DNA of 64,000 bases from Verrucomicrobium sp. Its GTDB lineage: Bacteria; Verrucomicrobiota; Verrucomicrobiia; Methylacidiphilales; GAS474. A program made the position numbers and the translations under genes. The notes under the pieces are model-generated. The model saw nothing but the letters and a program-made list of their open reading frames with translations. It did not search any database and was not told the DNA's origin. The number at the start of each line of letters is the position of its first letter. Positions within the stretch are counted from its first letter, which is position 1. The stretch spans positions 161,394-225,393 of the forward strand of contig JAPWJX010000004.1 of the NCBI GenBank assembly GCA_028283855.1, in the 5' to 3' direction. Below, one piece after another: positions 30,558 through 40,730 of this stretch.

Positions 30558-31847
30558 ATGAAACTCGCCATCATCGGTTCCGGTTACGTCGGCCTCACCA
30601 CGGGCACCTGCTTTGCGGAGGTCGGCCACGAAGTCATCTGCGTCGACAACGACAAGAAAAAGGTCGAAACCCTCAAGCAGGGAAAGATCCCCATCTACGA
30701 GCCCGGCCTGGAAGACCTCATCAAGAAGAACGTGGCGAGCGGCCGCCTTCGCTTCACCGACTCCATCGCGGAAGGCGTGGCGGAGAGCGAGGTGGTCTTC
30801 ATCGCCGTCCCCACCCCGCCCCAGCCGGACGGCAGCGTCGACCTGACCTTCATGGAGAAGGTGGCGCGGGAAATCTCCGCCGTCCTGCCCGGCTACCGCG
30901 TCATCGTCGACAAGAGCACCGTGCCCGTGAAGACGGGGGAAAAGGTGCGCCAGACCATCGGCCGCTACCACGCGGGCGGCACCGAGTTCGACGTGGTGAG
31001 CAACCCCGAGTTCCTGCGGGAGGGCTCCGCCGTGGCCGACCTCATGAAGCCGGACCGCATCGTCGTGGGCGCCGACTCCGAGCGCGCCGCGGAGATCATG
31101 AAGAAGGTCTATGCCCCCTTCAACGCCCCCATCCTGATCACCGACCTCAACTCCGCCGAGCTGATCAAGCACGCCGCCAACAGCTTCCTGGCCCTCAAGA
31201 TCTCCTACATCAACGCCCTCTCCCAGATCTGCGAGGCCTCCGGGGCCAACGTGGAAATGGTGGCTGACGGCATGGGCGCCGACCACCGCATCGGCCGCGC
31301 CTTCCTCAATGCGGGCCTGGGTTACGGCGGCTCCTGCTTCCCGAAGGACCTCTCCGCCTTCATCAAGATCTCCGAGGACCTGGGCTACGACTTCGCCCTG
31401 CTCAAGGAAGTCTCCCGCATCAACGTCCAGCAGCGGGACCGCTTCGTGAAGAAGGTCCGCGACGCCCTCTGGGTGCTCAAGGACAAGCGGATCGGCCTCC
31501 TGGGCCTCGCCTTCAAGGGGAACACGGACGACGTCCGCAGCAGCGTGGCGATGGACATCGCGGAGATCCTCCTTAAGGAAGGCGCCCACGTCCGCGCTTA
31601 CGATCCCCAGGGCATGGAAAAGGCCAAGGCCCTCCTGCCGGGCGTCGAGCTTTGCCAGAGCGGCGAGGAAGTGGCCGAGAAGGCCGACGCCGTCATCGTG
31701 GCCACGGAGTGGAAGGAATTCCGCGACCTGGACTGGGCCGCCATGAAGAAGAAGATGGTCAGCCCCCTTCTTTTCGACGGGCGCAACCTGCTCGATCCGG
31801 CGGCCCTCAAGGCCCTGGGCTTCGACTACGCCAGCATCGGCCGCTGA
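30558..31847 (+). CDS. ugd: UDP-glucose/GDP-mannose dehydrogenase family protein
   Basis: IGSGYVGL, KSTVPV, SNPEFLREGSA, GYGGSCFPKD, GLAFK.NTDD.R. Confidence 0.92.
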   Translation: MKLAIIGSGYVGLTTGTCFAEVGHEVICVDNDKKKVETLKQGKIPIYEPGLEDLIKKNVASGRLRFTDSIAEGVAESEVVFIAVPTPPQPDGSVDLTFMEKVAREISAVLPGYRVIVDKSTVPVKTGEKVRQTIGRYHAGGTEFDVVSNPEFLREGSAVADLMKPDRIVVGADSERAAEIMKKVYAPFNAPILITDLNSAELIKHAANSFLALKISYINALSQICEASGANVEMVADGMGADHRIGRAFLNAGLGYGGSCFPKDLSAFIKISEDLGYDFALLKEVSRINVQQRDRFVKKVRDALWVLKDKRIGLLGLAFKGNTDDVRSSVAMDIAEILLKEGAHVRAYDPQGMEKAKALLPGVELCQSGEEVAEKADAVIVATEWKEFRDLDWAAMKKKMVSPLLFDGRNLLDPAALKALGFDYASIGR

Positions 31848-31853
31848 ATCTCA

Positions 31854-31882
31854 TTGGCAGGCCGTTGTCCGCCTGCTACTTA
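31854..31882 (+). promoter_or_regulatory. candidate promoter TTGGCA-N17-TACTTA (purA)
   Basis: Identical -35/-10-like hexamers and spacing to the lptD upstream region. Confidence 0.5.
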
Positions 31883-31929
31883 GTTGCCCCTTTGCGCGGG
31901 TTTCGGCCCGGGCAAAGACACGCACAACT

Positions 31930-33189
31930 ATGAACATCATTTTGGTCGGCGCCCAGTGGGGCGATGAAGGGAAAGGCAAGATCATCGACTACCTCACGGG
32001 GGAGGTCGACATCGTCGTCCGCTGCCAGGGCGGGAACAACGCCGGGCACACCGTGGAGGTGGGCAAGGAGAAGTTCGTCCTCCAGCTGATTCCCTCCGGC
32101 ATCCTCTGGCCGGGCAAGCAGTGCGTGATCGGCAACGGCGTCGTCATCGACATGCCCGCCCTCGTCGGCGAGCTGGACGCCCTGGAAAAGCGCGGCGTCA
32201 AGACCAAGGGCCGCCTCCTCCTGAGCGCCACCGCCCACCTCGTCTTCCCCTACCACCGCCGCCTGGACGAGCAGCGGGAACTGCGCAAGGGCAAGATCGG
32301 CACCACCAAGCGCGGCATCGGCCCGGCCTACAGCGACAAGGTCGCCCGCGTCGGCTTGCGCCTGGCGGACATCCTCAAGCCCGACGTGTTCAAGGAAAAG
32401 CTTAAGGAGCGGATCGACACGAACAATCTGGCCCTGAAGGCCTTCGGCGCCGAGCCGCTCTCCTTCAAGAAGGTCCACGCCGAGTATGAGGCCGCCGCCC
32501 GCCGCCTCCGCCCCTACCTGGGCAACACCGTCGTCTGGCTGCACGAGGCCCTTTCCCGCAAGAAGCGCATCCTCTTCGAGGGCGCGCAGGGCACCTTCCT
32601 GGACATCGACTTCGGCACCTATCCCTACGTCACCTCCTCCAACACGACGGCGGGCGGCGCGGTGACCGGCTCCGGCATCCCGCCGCACCGGATGGACCGC
32701 GTCGTCGGCTGCATGAAGGCCTACACCACCCGCGTCGGGGAGGGGGCCCTCCCCACGGAGAGCGAGGAGCTGGGCGACCTCTTCCACGGCATGGGCCGGG
32801 AATTCGGCGCCAACACGCGCCGCCCGCGCCGCTGCGGCTGGTTCGACGCCGTGGCCACCCGCTACGCCTGCATGGTCAACGGTTTCGACGAGCTGGCCGT
32901 GACCAACCTGGACGGCCTCGACTCCCTCAAGGAAATCAAGGTCTGCGTCGCCTACAAGGTGCGCGGCAAGACCCTGCGCTATCCCCCCGTCGACTTCCGC
33001 GACTGGGACGCCTGCAAGCCGGTTTACAAGACCTTCCCCGGCTGGCAGCAGGACACCTCCAAGGTGCGCGACTTCAAGAAGCTCCCCCTCAAGGCCCGCC
33101 AATACCTCAAGGCCATCTGCGAGCTGACCGGCGCGCCCCTGAAGATCGCCTCCGTCGGCCCGCAGCGCGACGCGACGCTGCGCGTCTGA
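31930..33189 (+). CDS. purA: adenylosuccinate synthetase
   Basis: GAQWGDEGKGK, GGNNAGHT, GTTKRGIGPAY, FEGAQG..LDIDFGTYPYVTSS. Confidence 0.97.
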   Translation: MNIILVGAQWGDEGKGKIIDYLTGEVDIVVRCQGGNNAGHTVEVGKEKFVLQLIPSGILWPGKQCVIGNGVVIDMPALVGELDALEKRGVKTKGRLLLSATAHLVFPYHRRLDEQRELRKGKIGTTKRGIGPAYSDKVARVGLRLADILKPDVFKEKLKERIDTNNLALKAFGAEPLSFKKVHAEYEAAARRLRPYLGNTVVWLHEALSRKKRILFEGAQGTFLDIDFGTYPYVTSSNTTAGGAVTGSGIPPHRMDRVVGCMKAYTTRVGEGALPTESEELGDLFHGMGREFGANTRRPRRCGWFDAVATRYACMVNGFDELAVTNLDGLDSLKEIKVCVAYKVRGKTLRYPPVDFRDWDACKPVYKTFPGWQQDTSKVRDFKKLPLKARQYLKAICELTGAPLKIASVGPQRDATLRV

Positions 33190-33202
33190 TTTCCGCCGCC
33201 CC

Positions 33203-33919
33203 GTGAGCGCCGCCTCCTCCAAGATCCCGCGCCACGTCGCCATCATCATGGACGGCAATGGGCGCTGGGCCCGCTCCCGCAAGCTGCCCCGCGTGCGCGG
33301 GCACCGGGCGGGCGCGGAGTCGGTCCGGGAGGTCGTCCGCGCGGCGGGGGAGATGGGCGTCCAGTTCCTCACTCTCTACGCCTTCTCCGTGGAGAACTGG
33401 GACCGCCCCGCCGCGGAGGTGAAGACCCTCATGCTCCTCCTGGAGGAGTTCCTGCGCGGCCAGGTGGAGGAGCTGAACAAGAACAACGTCCGCCTCCAGG
33501 CCATCGGCCGCCTGGGGGACCTGCCGCCCCGCGTGCAGAAGCAGCTGCACAAGACCATCGAGGCGACGAAGGAAAACACCGGCCTGACCCTCATCCTGGC
33601 CCTGAGCTACAGCGGGCGGGTGGAGATCATCGAGGCCCTCCAGTCAGTCCTCCGGGAGGTGCAGCTGGGCCACCTGGACACGGCGCAGATCGACGCCAAC
33701 GTCTTCCAGCACCACCTCTACACCCGCTACTACCCGGACCCCGACCTCCTCATCCGCACCAGCGGGGAGATGCGCCTTTCCAACTTCCTGCTCTGGCAGC
33801 TCTCCTACACGGAGATCTACGTCACCCAGACTCTCTGGCCCGAGTTCCGCCGCAAGGAATTCCTGGCCGCCCTGGACGACTACGCGGGCCGCTCCCGCCG
33901 CTTCGGGAAAGTGGAGTAG
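33203..33919 (+). CDS. uppS: undecaprenyl diphosphate synthase
   Basis: HVAIIMDGNGRWA, YAFSVENW.RP, PDLLIRTSGE.RLSNFLLWQ. Confidence 0.96.
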   Translation: MSAASSKIPRHVAIIMDGNGRWARSRKLPRVRGHRAGAESVREVVRAAGEMGVQFLTLYAFSVENWDRPAAEVKTLMLLLEEFLRGQVEELNKNNVRLQAIGRLGDLPPRVQKQLHKTIEATKENTGLTLILALSYSGRVEIIEALQSVLREVQLGHLDTAQIDANVFQHHLYTRYYPDPDLLIRTSGEMRLSNFLLWQLSYTEIYVTQTLWPEFRRKEFLAALDDYAGRSRRFGKVE

Positions 33920-33931
33920 ACCAAACGATTT

Positions 33932-34801
33932 ATGGACCGCGCCGTATTGCTCAAGCGTAGCTTCTCCACCGTCGTCCTCTGGGTGACGGTCTTAGGCATG
34001 ATCTTCTCCGGTTGGAAGACCGGCTGCGTGGTGCTGCTGGGCGTCGCCGCCCTGCTGGCCCAGTGGGAATTCTACCGCATCCAGGAGGAGAAGAAGTTCC
34101 GCGTCTTCAAGAAGTGGGGCGTCACCTGCGGGGCGATCCTTTACGTCGGCTGCTGGTTCCTGCTCCTGCACGCCTCCGCCTACGCGGGGCGTTTCGCCCT
34201 GTGGGAGCACCTGGTCTTCGTCGCCCTCACCATCGGCGTCCTCCTGCGGCTGGTCGTCTTCCCGGATCCCTTGGAAACGCCGATCGTCAGCGTCGCCCTG
34301 ACCCTCTTCGGCTTCTTCTACGTGCCGTATCTCTTTTCCTTCGTCGCGCAGGTCGCCTTCCTGCCCGGCGCGCCGTACGAGGCGACGTTCACTATCCTCT
34401 ACCTTCTGGCCGTGACGAAGTTCTGCGACGCGGGGGCCTACGTCGTCGGTTCCCTCTGGGGACGGCACAAGATGATCCCCCGCATCAGCCCGGGGAAGAC
34501 CTGGGAGGGCTTCGCGGGCGGCATCCTCACCTCCATGGCGGTCAGCATCTTCCTCTGGCGGCTTCATCCCCAGGGGCTTCCCCCCTTCGGATGGGGGGAC
34601 GCCCTGGTTTGCGGCTTCCTTTTGGCCCTGGCCAGCGTCGTCGGCGATTTGGCCGAGTCGGTCGTAAAGCGGGACGCCCACGTGAAGGACTCCGGCCACG
34701 CCTTCCCGGGCATCGGGGGGGTCCTGGACCTGATCGACAGCCTCCTTTTCACCGCTCCGGTCTTTTATTTCTATGTCGCCCTCGTCGTCCGGTGGCGGTA
34801 G
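33932..34801 (+). CDS. cdsA: phosphatidate cytidylyltransferase
   Basis: ISPGKTWEG, GDLAESVVKR...VKDSG..FPG.GG.LD.IDS. Confidence 0.95.
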   Translation: MDRAVLLKRSFSTVVLWVTVLGMIFSGWKTGCVVLLGVAALLAQWEFYRIQEEKKFRVFKKWGVTCGAILYVGCWFLLLHASAYAGRFALWEHLVFVALTIGVLLRLVVFPDPLETPIVSVALTLFGFFYVPYLFSFVAQVAFLPGAPYEATFTILYLLAVTKFCDAGAYVVGSLWGRHKMIPRISPGKTWEGFAGGILTSMAVSIFLWRLHPQGLPPFGWGDALVCGFLLALASVVGDLAESVVKRDAHVKDSGHAFPGIGGVLDLIDSLLFTAPVFYFYVALVVRWR

Positions 34802-34817
34802 CTTCGGTAACCCTTTT

Positions 34818-35975
34818 ATGCGCAAGAAAGTCATCCTCCTCGGCTCGACCGGTTCCATCGGCCTCTCCGCCCTCAAGGTGGCGCGGGACTTGCCGGAGCG
34901 CATGGAGATCGTCGGCCTGGCCGCCGGAACCCAGGGCAAGGCCCTTTTGGAGCAGGCCCGGGAGTTCAAGCCGCGCGGCGTCGCCCTCTTCGACACGAAG
35001 GGCCTGGCCGACCTGAAGGCGGGGCTGCCCGCCGGGACCGCCTGCTACGGCGGGGCCGAGGGCCTCGTCGAGCTGGTGGAGAAGACGGAGGCGGACATGG
35101 TCCTCGTCTCCATCGTCGGCACGGAAGGGCTTCATCCCGCGCTGGCCGCCATCGAGAAGGGCCGCGCGCTGGCCGTGGCCAGCAAGGAGATCCTGGTCAT
35201 GGCCGGGGAGATCGTCACCGCCGCCGCCAAGCGGAAGAACGTCCCCCTCCTGCCGGTCGACAGCGAGCACAACGCCATCTTCCAGTGCCTCCACGGCGAG
35301 TCGCCGAAGCACGTCCGCCGCCTCATCCTGACCGCCTCCGGCGGCCCCTTCCGCAAAACCTCGAAGGAGGATCTGGCCAAGGTGACCCTGGAGCAGGCCC
35401 TGAAGCACCCCACCTGGCAGATGGGGCGGAAGATCACCCTCGACTCCGCCACCCTCTTCAACAAGGGGCTGGAGATGATCGAGGCCCGCTGGCTCTTCGA
35501 CGTTCCCATGAGCCAGGTCGACGTCGTCGTCCACCCGCAGAGCATCGTCCACTCCCTCGTCGAGTTCGTCGACGGCTCCCAGCTGGCCCAGCTGAGCCAT
35601 TCGGACATGTGTTTCCCCATCCAATACGCCGTCACCTACCCGGACCGCCTTCCCAACAACTTGAAGCCGTTAGACTTGGCGAAGGTCGGCCAGCTCCTCT
35701 TCGAGGCTCCGGACGCCGACCGCTTCCCCTCCATCAACCTGGCCCGCCGGGCCGGGGAGACTTGCGGGACGTTGCCTTCGGTCTTCAACGCTGCTAATGA
35801 GGTAGCTGTGCAAGCGTTCATCGACGGGGCCATCCGCTTCGACGAGATCGCCACCTGCGTCGGGGCGGTCATGGACGACCATGCCGTCATTCATCAGCCC
35901 GATCTGGACGCCATCCTGTCCGCCGACGCCTGGGCCCGCCGCGCCGCCGCCGACTGGGCCGAGGTCACGGTATGA
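34818..35975 (+). CDS. dxr: 1-deoxy-D-xylulose 5-phosphate reductoisomerase
   Basis: LLGSTGSIG, LPVDSEHNAIFQ, ILTASGGPF, HPTWQMG.KIT.DSAT. Confidence 0.97.
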   Translation: MRKKVILLGSTGSIGLSALKVARDLPERMEIVGLAAGTQGKALLEQAREFKPRGVALFDTKGLADLKAGLPAGTACYGGAEGLVELVEKTEADMVLVSIVGTEGLHPALAAIEKGRALAVASKEILVMAGEIVTAAAKRKNVPLLPVDSEHNAIFQCLHGESPKHVRRLILTASGGPFRKTSKEDLAKVTLEQALKHPTWQMGRKITLDSATLFNKGLEMIEARWLFDVPMSQVDVVVHPQSIVHSLVEFVDGSQLAQLSHSDMCFPIQYAVTYPDRLPNNLKPLDLAKVGQLLFEAPDADRFPSINLARRAGETCGTLPSVFNAANEVAVQAFIDGAIRFDEIATCVGAVMDDHAVIHQPDLDAILSADAWARRAAADWAEVTV

Positions 35976-37396
35976 CTCTTTCCTACGTCCTCCGCTTCCT
36001 CTTCATCCTGGGAGAGGTCCTTTTCTTCTATAACCTCCTGATCCTCGTCCACGAGATCGGCCACTTCCTGGCCGCCCGCTGGCGGGGGCTGGTGGTCGAC
36101 AAATTCGGCATCTGGTTCGGCAAGCCGATTTGGAAGAAACGGATCGGCGGGGTCGAATACCGCTTCGGCACGCTGCCCTTCGGCGGCTTCGTCGCCCTGC
36201 CGCAGATGGCCCCCATGGAGGTCATCGAGGGGAAGACCGACACGGAGACGGCCAAGCTTTCCGCCAACCTCCCGCCGGTCAAGCCGCTGGACAAGATCAT
36301 CGTCGCCCTGGCCGGGCCGATCTTCAGCTTCGGGCTGGCCATCGTCTTCGCCTTCCTCGTCTGGTGGATCGGCCGCCCCGTGAGCGAGAGCGAGGGGACC
36401 ACCACCGTCGGCTACGTGCTGAAGGATTCCCCCGCGGAGAAGGCGGGAATCCACGCCGGCGACCGCATCCTGCGCGTCGACAACCACGCCGTCACCCGCT
36501 TTGCCGGCATGGCCAATGACGCCATCACCTGGCGCATCGTCCGCAGCGAGGGGGCCACGATTCCCATCGACGTCGACCGGGACGGGCAGCCTCTCCACTT
36601 CGAGGTGGCGCCGAAGAAGGCCAAGCAGTCCTTCTTCCGCCGCCAGAGCCTGCGCCAGATCGAGATCCTGCCCGCCCAGACGCCCATCGTCGGCAGCGTC
36701 TTCCCGGGCAGCCCGGCGGCCGGCGCGGGGCTCCAGCCGGGGGACCAGATCCTGTCCGTCGACGGGCAGCGCCTCCACTCCCTCCAGGCCCTCGGGGAAT
36801 ACATCGTGGCCCACCACGGCCAGGTGACGCTCGACGTCCGCCGCAAGGGGGAGGTTTTTCCCGTTTCCCTCACGCCGGAAGTGCCCGTCGGGGAAACCGA
36901 TCCGCGCATCGGCATCGTCTGGGACGCCTCGGGCATCATGCAGCTGACCCACCCGAAGCCGTGGGAGCAGATCCGCGCCAGCGTCGCCACCATGGGGAAC
37001 ACCCTGGCGGCGGTCTTCTCCCCCAAATCGGACATCAAGGCCCAGCACCTTTCCGGCCCCATCGGCATCATGCGCTTCAACTACATCCTCTTTGAGAGCG
37101 ACAACGGCTGGAAGCTGGTCCTCTGGTTCGGGGTGCTCATCAACGTCAACCTGGCCCTGCTCAACCTCCTGCCCATCCCGGTCCTGGACGGCGGCCACAT
37201 CCTCCTGGCCCTCATTGAGTGGGTCCGGGGCCGTCCCATGAGCGTCCGCGTCCTGGAGGTGATCCAGACCGGCTGCGCCATGCTGGTCATCGGATATATC
37301 CTTTACGTCAGCTTCTTCGATATCCAAGATCTCTCCCTGCCCGACCGCCAGAAGGCGTTGCCGCAGATGAAGTTCGCTCCTCATCCCCCGTCTTAA
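35972..37396 (+). CDS. rseP: RIP metalloprotease RseP with PDZ domains
   Basis: HEIGH zinc motif, AGP, two PDZ-like repeats, NLLPIPVLDGG. Confidence 0.93.
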   Translation: MTLSYVLRFLFILGEVLFFYNLLILVHEIGHFLAARWRGLVVDKFGIWFGKPIWKKRIGGVEYRFGTLPFGGFVALPQMAPMEVIEGKTDTETAKLSANLPPVKPLDKIIVALAGPIFSFGLAIVFAFLVWWIGRPVSESEGTTTVGYVLKDSPAEKAGIHAGDRILRVDNHAVTRFAGMANDAITWRIVRSEGATIPIDVDRDGQPLHFEVAPKKAKQSFFRRQSLRQIEILPAQTPIVGSVFPGSPAAGAGLQPGDQILSVDGQRLHSLQALGEYIVAHHGQVTLDVRRKGEVFPVSLTPEVPVGETDPRIGIVWDASGIMQLTHPKPWEQIRASVATMGNTLAAVFSPKSDIKAQHLSGPIGIMRFNYILFESDNGWKLVLWFGVLINVNLALLNLLPIPVLDGGHILLALIEWVRGRPMSVRVLEVIQTGCAMLVIGYILYVSFFDIQDLSLPDRQKALPQMKFAPHPPS

Positions 37397-37403
37397 TCGT
37401 CCC

Positions 37404-39185
37404 ATGAAACATTGCGAGAATCCCTACCAGACCCACCGCCGTAGCAGCCGCGAAGTCCTCGTCGGAGGCGTCGGCTTCGGCGGAAAGAACCCGATCCGCG
37501 TCCAGTCGATGATCACCTGCGACACCATGGACACGGAAAAGTCGGTCGCGCAGACCGCGCAGCTGGCCAAGGCGGGCTGCACCCTGGTCCGCATCACCGC
37601 CCCCACCGTCAAGGACGCCGCCAACCTGGGCCCCATCATCCAGAAGCTCCGCGCGGCGGGCGTCACCGTCCCCATCGTGGCCGACATCCACTTCAAGCCG
37701 GAAGCGGCCATGGAAGCGGCCAAGTGGGTCGACAAGGTCCGCATCAATCCCGGCAACTTCGCCGACAAGAAGAAATTCAACGTCCGCGAGTACACCGACG
37801 CGGAATACGCGGAGGAAATCGTCCGCATCGAGGAGGCCTTCGTCCCCCTCCTGGACCTCTGCAAGCAGCGGAAAATCGCCCTGCGCATCGGCACCAACCA
37901 CGGCTCCCTTTCCGACCGCCTCATGAACCGCTACGGCGACTCCCCGCACGGCATGGTGGAGAGCGCCCTGGAATACGCCCGCATCGCGCGCAAGCACGGC
38001 TTCCATGACTTCGTCTTCTCGATGAAGTCCTCCAACCCCAAGGTGATGATCGAGGCCTACCGCCTCCTCGTCGCCACGCTGGCCAAGCTGGGCCCCGACT
38101 GGAACTACCCCATCCACCTGGGCGTGACCGAGGCGGGCGACGGCGAGGACGGCCGCATCAAGAGCGCCATCGGCATCGGCGCGCTCCTGGCCGACGGCAT
38201 CGGCGACACCCTGCGCGTCTCCCTGACGGAAGACAGCATTCATGAGATCCCCGTCGGGCAGGCCCTGGTCCGCTTTGCCGGCCGCATGGCGCAGTATCCC
38301 GCGCCGCCGGCCGCTCCCGCGCTCTCCTTCGATCCCTTCGTCTACGGGCGCCGCGCCAGCCAGACGGCCTCCGTCAGCGGCTGCAACGTCGGCGGCACGG
38401 AGCCGGTCCGCGTCGCGGTGACGGAGAAAAACTACCAGCTCCTGGTTTCCGCCAACCCCACCTTCGGCGACGTCGCGCCGGAGTTCACCTACGAGAAGAG
38501 CGGCGCGATCGAGGTCGACCTGGCCGACGAGCAGGCCTTCGCCTACCTGGCCAAGGAGACCCAGCCCCGCCTGGTCACCGTCAAGGACGGCACCGCCTGC
38601 TCCCCCATCGCCGCCTTCCGCTTCCTGGCGGCGAAGATCCCGGCCCACCACCCCATCCTCCTCAAGGACACCTTCACGCCCCCGGCGGAAGGGAGCCAGC
38701 CGGAGCCCCTGGACGCCATGCTCAACGCGGCGGCCCAGATCGGGGCGCTGCTGTGCGACGGCATCGGCGACGCCATCCTGGTCCGGGGCGAGCCCGGCGC
38801 GGGCGGCGCGCTGCGCCTCTCCTACAACATCCTGCAGGCCTCCGGGAACCGCATCTTCAAGACCGACTACGTCGCCTGCCCGTCCTGCGGCCGCACCCTC
38901 TTCGACCTCCAGTCGACGACGGCGAACATCCGCGCGGCGACGAACCACCTCAAGGGCGTGAAGATCGCCATCATGGGCTGCATCGTCAACGGCCCGGGCG
39001 AGATGGCCGACGCCGACTTCGGCTACGTCGGCGGCGCGCCGGGGAAGATCAACCTCTACGTGGGCAAGACCGCGGTGAAGTTCAACATCCCCGAGGGCGA
39101 GGCCGTCAACCGCCTGGTCGACCTGATCCGCGAGCACGGCAAGTGGGTCGACGCGCCGGAAACGGCGGGTGCTTCCGCCAACTAA
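37404..39185 (+). CDS. ispG: 4-hydroxy-3-methylbut-2-enyl diphosphate synthase, long form with inserted domain
   Basis: IRVQSM, VADIHF, RINPGN, RIGTNHGSLS, HLGVTEAG, ACPSCGRT, MGCIVNGPGE. Confidence 0.96.
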   Translation: MKHCENPYQTHRRSSREVLVGGVGFGGKNPIRVQSMITCDTMDTEKSVAQTAQLAKAGCTLVRITAPTVKDAANLGPIIQKLRAAGVTVPIVADIHFKPEAAMEAAKWVDKVRINPGNFADKKKFNVREYTDAEYAEEIVRIEEAFVPLLDLCKQRKIALRIGTNHGSLSDRLMNRYGDSPHGMVESALEYARIARKHGFHDFVFSMKSSNPKVMIEAYRLLVATLAKLGPDWNYPIHLGVTEAGDGEDGRIKSAIGIGALLADGIGDTLRVSLTEDSIHEIPVGQALVRFAGRMAQYPAPPAAPALSFDPFVYGRRASQTASVSGCNVGGTEPVRVAVTEKNYQLLVSANPTFGDVAPEFTYEKSGAIEVDLADEQAFAYLAKETQPRLVTVKDGTACSPIAAFRFLAAKIPAHHPILLKDTFTPPAEGSQPEPLDAMLNAAAQIGALLCDGIGDAILVRGEPGAGGALRLSYNILQASGNRIFKTDYVACPSCGRTLFDLQSTTANIRAATNHLKGVKIAIMGCIVNGPGEMADADFGYVGGAPGKINLYVGKTAVKFNIPEGEAVNRLVDLIREHGKWVDAPETAGASAN

Positions 39186-39194
39186 GCAGGACGG

Positions 39195-39434
39195 ATGCTC
39201 ATCATACCCTGGGCGGGACGCCGTGGCGGTTCCGGCGGCGTCGTGCGCTTGCGCACCGTGCCGGGCGCTCCCAATCCCTTCGTGGAGGCCGATAAGCAGC
39301 GCCGCGCCGCGGCGGGGGCTTCCGGCACGCCCGCGCGCGACCTGTCTCCCCTTAAATCGCAGGCCCGCCGCTCCCAGCCGGTGGAGGAGCGGAAGCGGGA
39401 AGATGCGGGCCCGCAGTTCCTGATTTTGCCTTAA
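39195..39434 (+). CDS. possible small hypothetical protein (79 aa)
   Basis: ATG 9 nt after the ispG stop; fills the gap; stop overlaps the convergent aroD stop; no family recognised. Confidence 0.35.
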   Translation: MLIIPWAGRRGGSGGVVRLRTVPGAPNPFVEADKQRRAAAGASGTPARDLSPLKSQARRSQPVEERKREDAGPQFLILP

Positions 39435-40108
39435 TCGACGAGCGAAGCCGCGCTCGGCTGGTTCGGCGCGGCGGGCTTGTCCAGGTAGCCGTAGCGCAGG
39501 GCCGTGCCCAGCGCGCCCAGGGCGATGCGGGAGGCCGCCGCCTGCGGCCCCGTCCCCATCACCGCCCAGGCCGGGCCGGGACGCTCGCTTTCCTCTAAAA
39601 AGAGCCGCGCCAGCGCGCGCAGGTGGGCGGCGGTCTCCGCCTTCGCCGCGATCTTCGCCACGTCGGGCCGGGCCTTCCGCAGAGCGGCGGCCCAGCGGCG
39701 GAGCGCGGCGGGGGAGGGGGCTTCGGCAAGGGAATGGACGGAGAGGACCAGTTTCTTGCCCGCCTGGCGGGCTGCGGCGGCCTCCGCTTTGAGGGAGGGA
39801 AGGGAGGCCAGCTCCAGGTCGAAGGCCTCGGCGTGCGGCAGGAGGTGGCGCAGGGTCTCCTTCCGCTCCCCTCTTTCCCACGCGTAAAGGCCGCCTTCCT
39901 CCGGGATGCGGCAGGTGAGGAGGACGGGGACTTTACGGCGGCGCAGGGCGTGGAGGATTTCCGCCAGGAGGAGGCCGTCCTGCAGGAGCGCGTCGGCGCG
40001 CACCTCTACCAGCCCGATGCCCTGCGGCGGCCGGGCCAGCTTGGCCAGGCCCGCGCCGGTGACGACGGTGCCGACGACGCGCGGCGCGGAGAAGTCGAGC
40101 GGCTTCAT
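39431..40108 (-). CDS. aroD: type I 3-dehydroquinate dehydratase
   Basis: VEVRAD, LLTCR...EGG, DLE, LSVH, DVAKIA (Schiff-base Lys), MG....SR. Confidence 0.85.
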   Translation of the reverse strand: MKPLDFSAPRVVGTVVTGAGLAKLARPPQGIGLVEVRADALLQDGLLLAEILHALRRRKVPVLLTCRIPEEGGLYAWERGERKETLRHLLPHAEAFDLELASLPSLKAEAAAARQAGKKLVLSVHSLAEAPSPAALRRWAAALRKARPDVAKIAAKAETAAHLRALARLFLEESERPGPAWAVMGTGPQAAASRIALGALGTALRYGYLDKPAAPNQPSAASLVD

Positions 40109-40719
40109 GCGCTGAAGGGAAAGCCGTCCCCGGGGTTCTGGCGGCGCAGGCTGCGGAGGACTTTTTGCAGCCGCTTCTTCACGTCCAGCTCTTCCAGGAG
40201 GGCCTGCTTCGTCGGGATGTCGTCGATGAAGGTGTAGGTCACCAGGTCGGAGAGGATGTCGAAGTCCTTCAGCTCGTTCATGAACTGGACCATCCAGGGG
40301 GGGACGTTCTCGTCCTTGCCCTGGCTGAGGCCGACCATCTCGATGATCTTGGCGACGAGGGCGTCGGCCTCCACGTCGTCCTCCTCCACGGTGTTGGAGG
40401 TGAGCGGCTCGATGTCGCCCACGAAGTAGGGCGCGGCCTGGGAAAAGCGGGTGAAGCGGACGCGGGAAAGGCCCTGCAACACCAGGTTGGAGGTGCCGTC
40501 CTTGTTGTGGACGCAGGCGCGGATCAGGCCCACGCCGCCGATCTCCCGGGGCCGCTCCTTCGCGTCCGTGAGGGCCACCGCGAACATCCGCTGGTCCTCC
40601 AGGGATTGCGTCAGCAGTTCCCGGTAGCGGGGCTCGAAAATGTAGAGGGGAAGCAGCGCCTGGGGGAACAGGATGGCGTTCGGCAGGGTCATGACCCCCA
40701 CCTGAGAGGGGAGCTTCAT
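40105..40719 (-). CDS. LON peptidase N-terminal (substrate-binding) domain protein
   Basis: LFPQALLPLYIFEPRYR, G.SNLVLQG..RVR motifs; no ATPase or protease domain. Confidence 0.88.
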   Translation of the reverse strand: MKLPSQVGVMTLPNAILFPQALLPLYIFEPRYRELLTQSLEDQRMFAVALTDAKERPREIGGVGLIRACVHNKDGTSNLVLQGLSRVRFTRFSQAAPYFVGDIEPLTSNTVEEDDVEADALVAKIIEMVGLSQGKDENVPPWMVQFMNELKDFDILSDLVTYTFIDDIPTKQALLEELDVKKRLQKVLRSLRRQNPGDGFPFSA

Positions 40720-40730
40720 CTTCGTCTAGG

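Noticed and set aside
31854-31870. sigma54 promoter (TGGCA...TTG) upstream of purA
   Set aside because: Spacing is one base short, TTGT instead of TTGC, and the lptD copy has no -12 element
39288-39295. Exact sigma28 -10 consensus GCCGATAA
   Set aside because: No -35 at the right spacing, lies within a possible ORF, and no co-oriented gene follows
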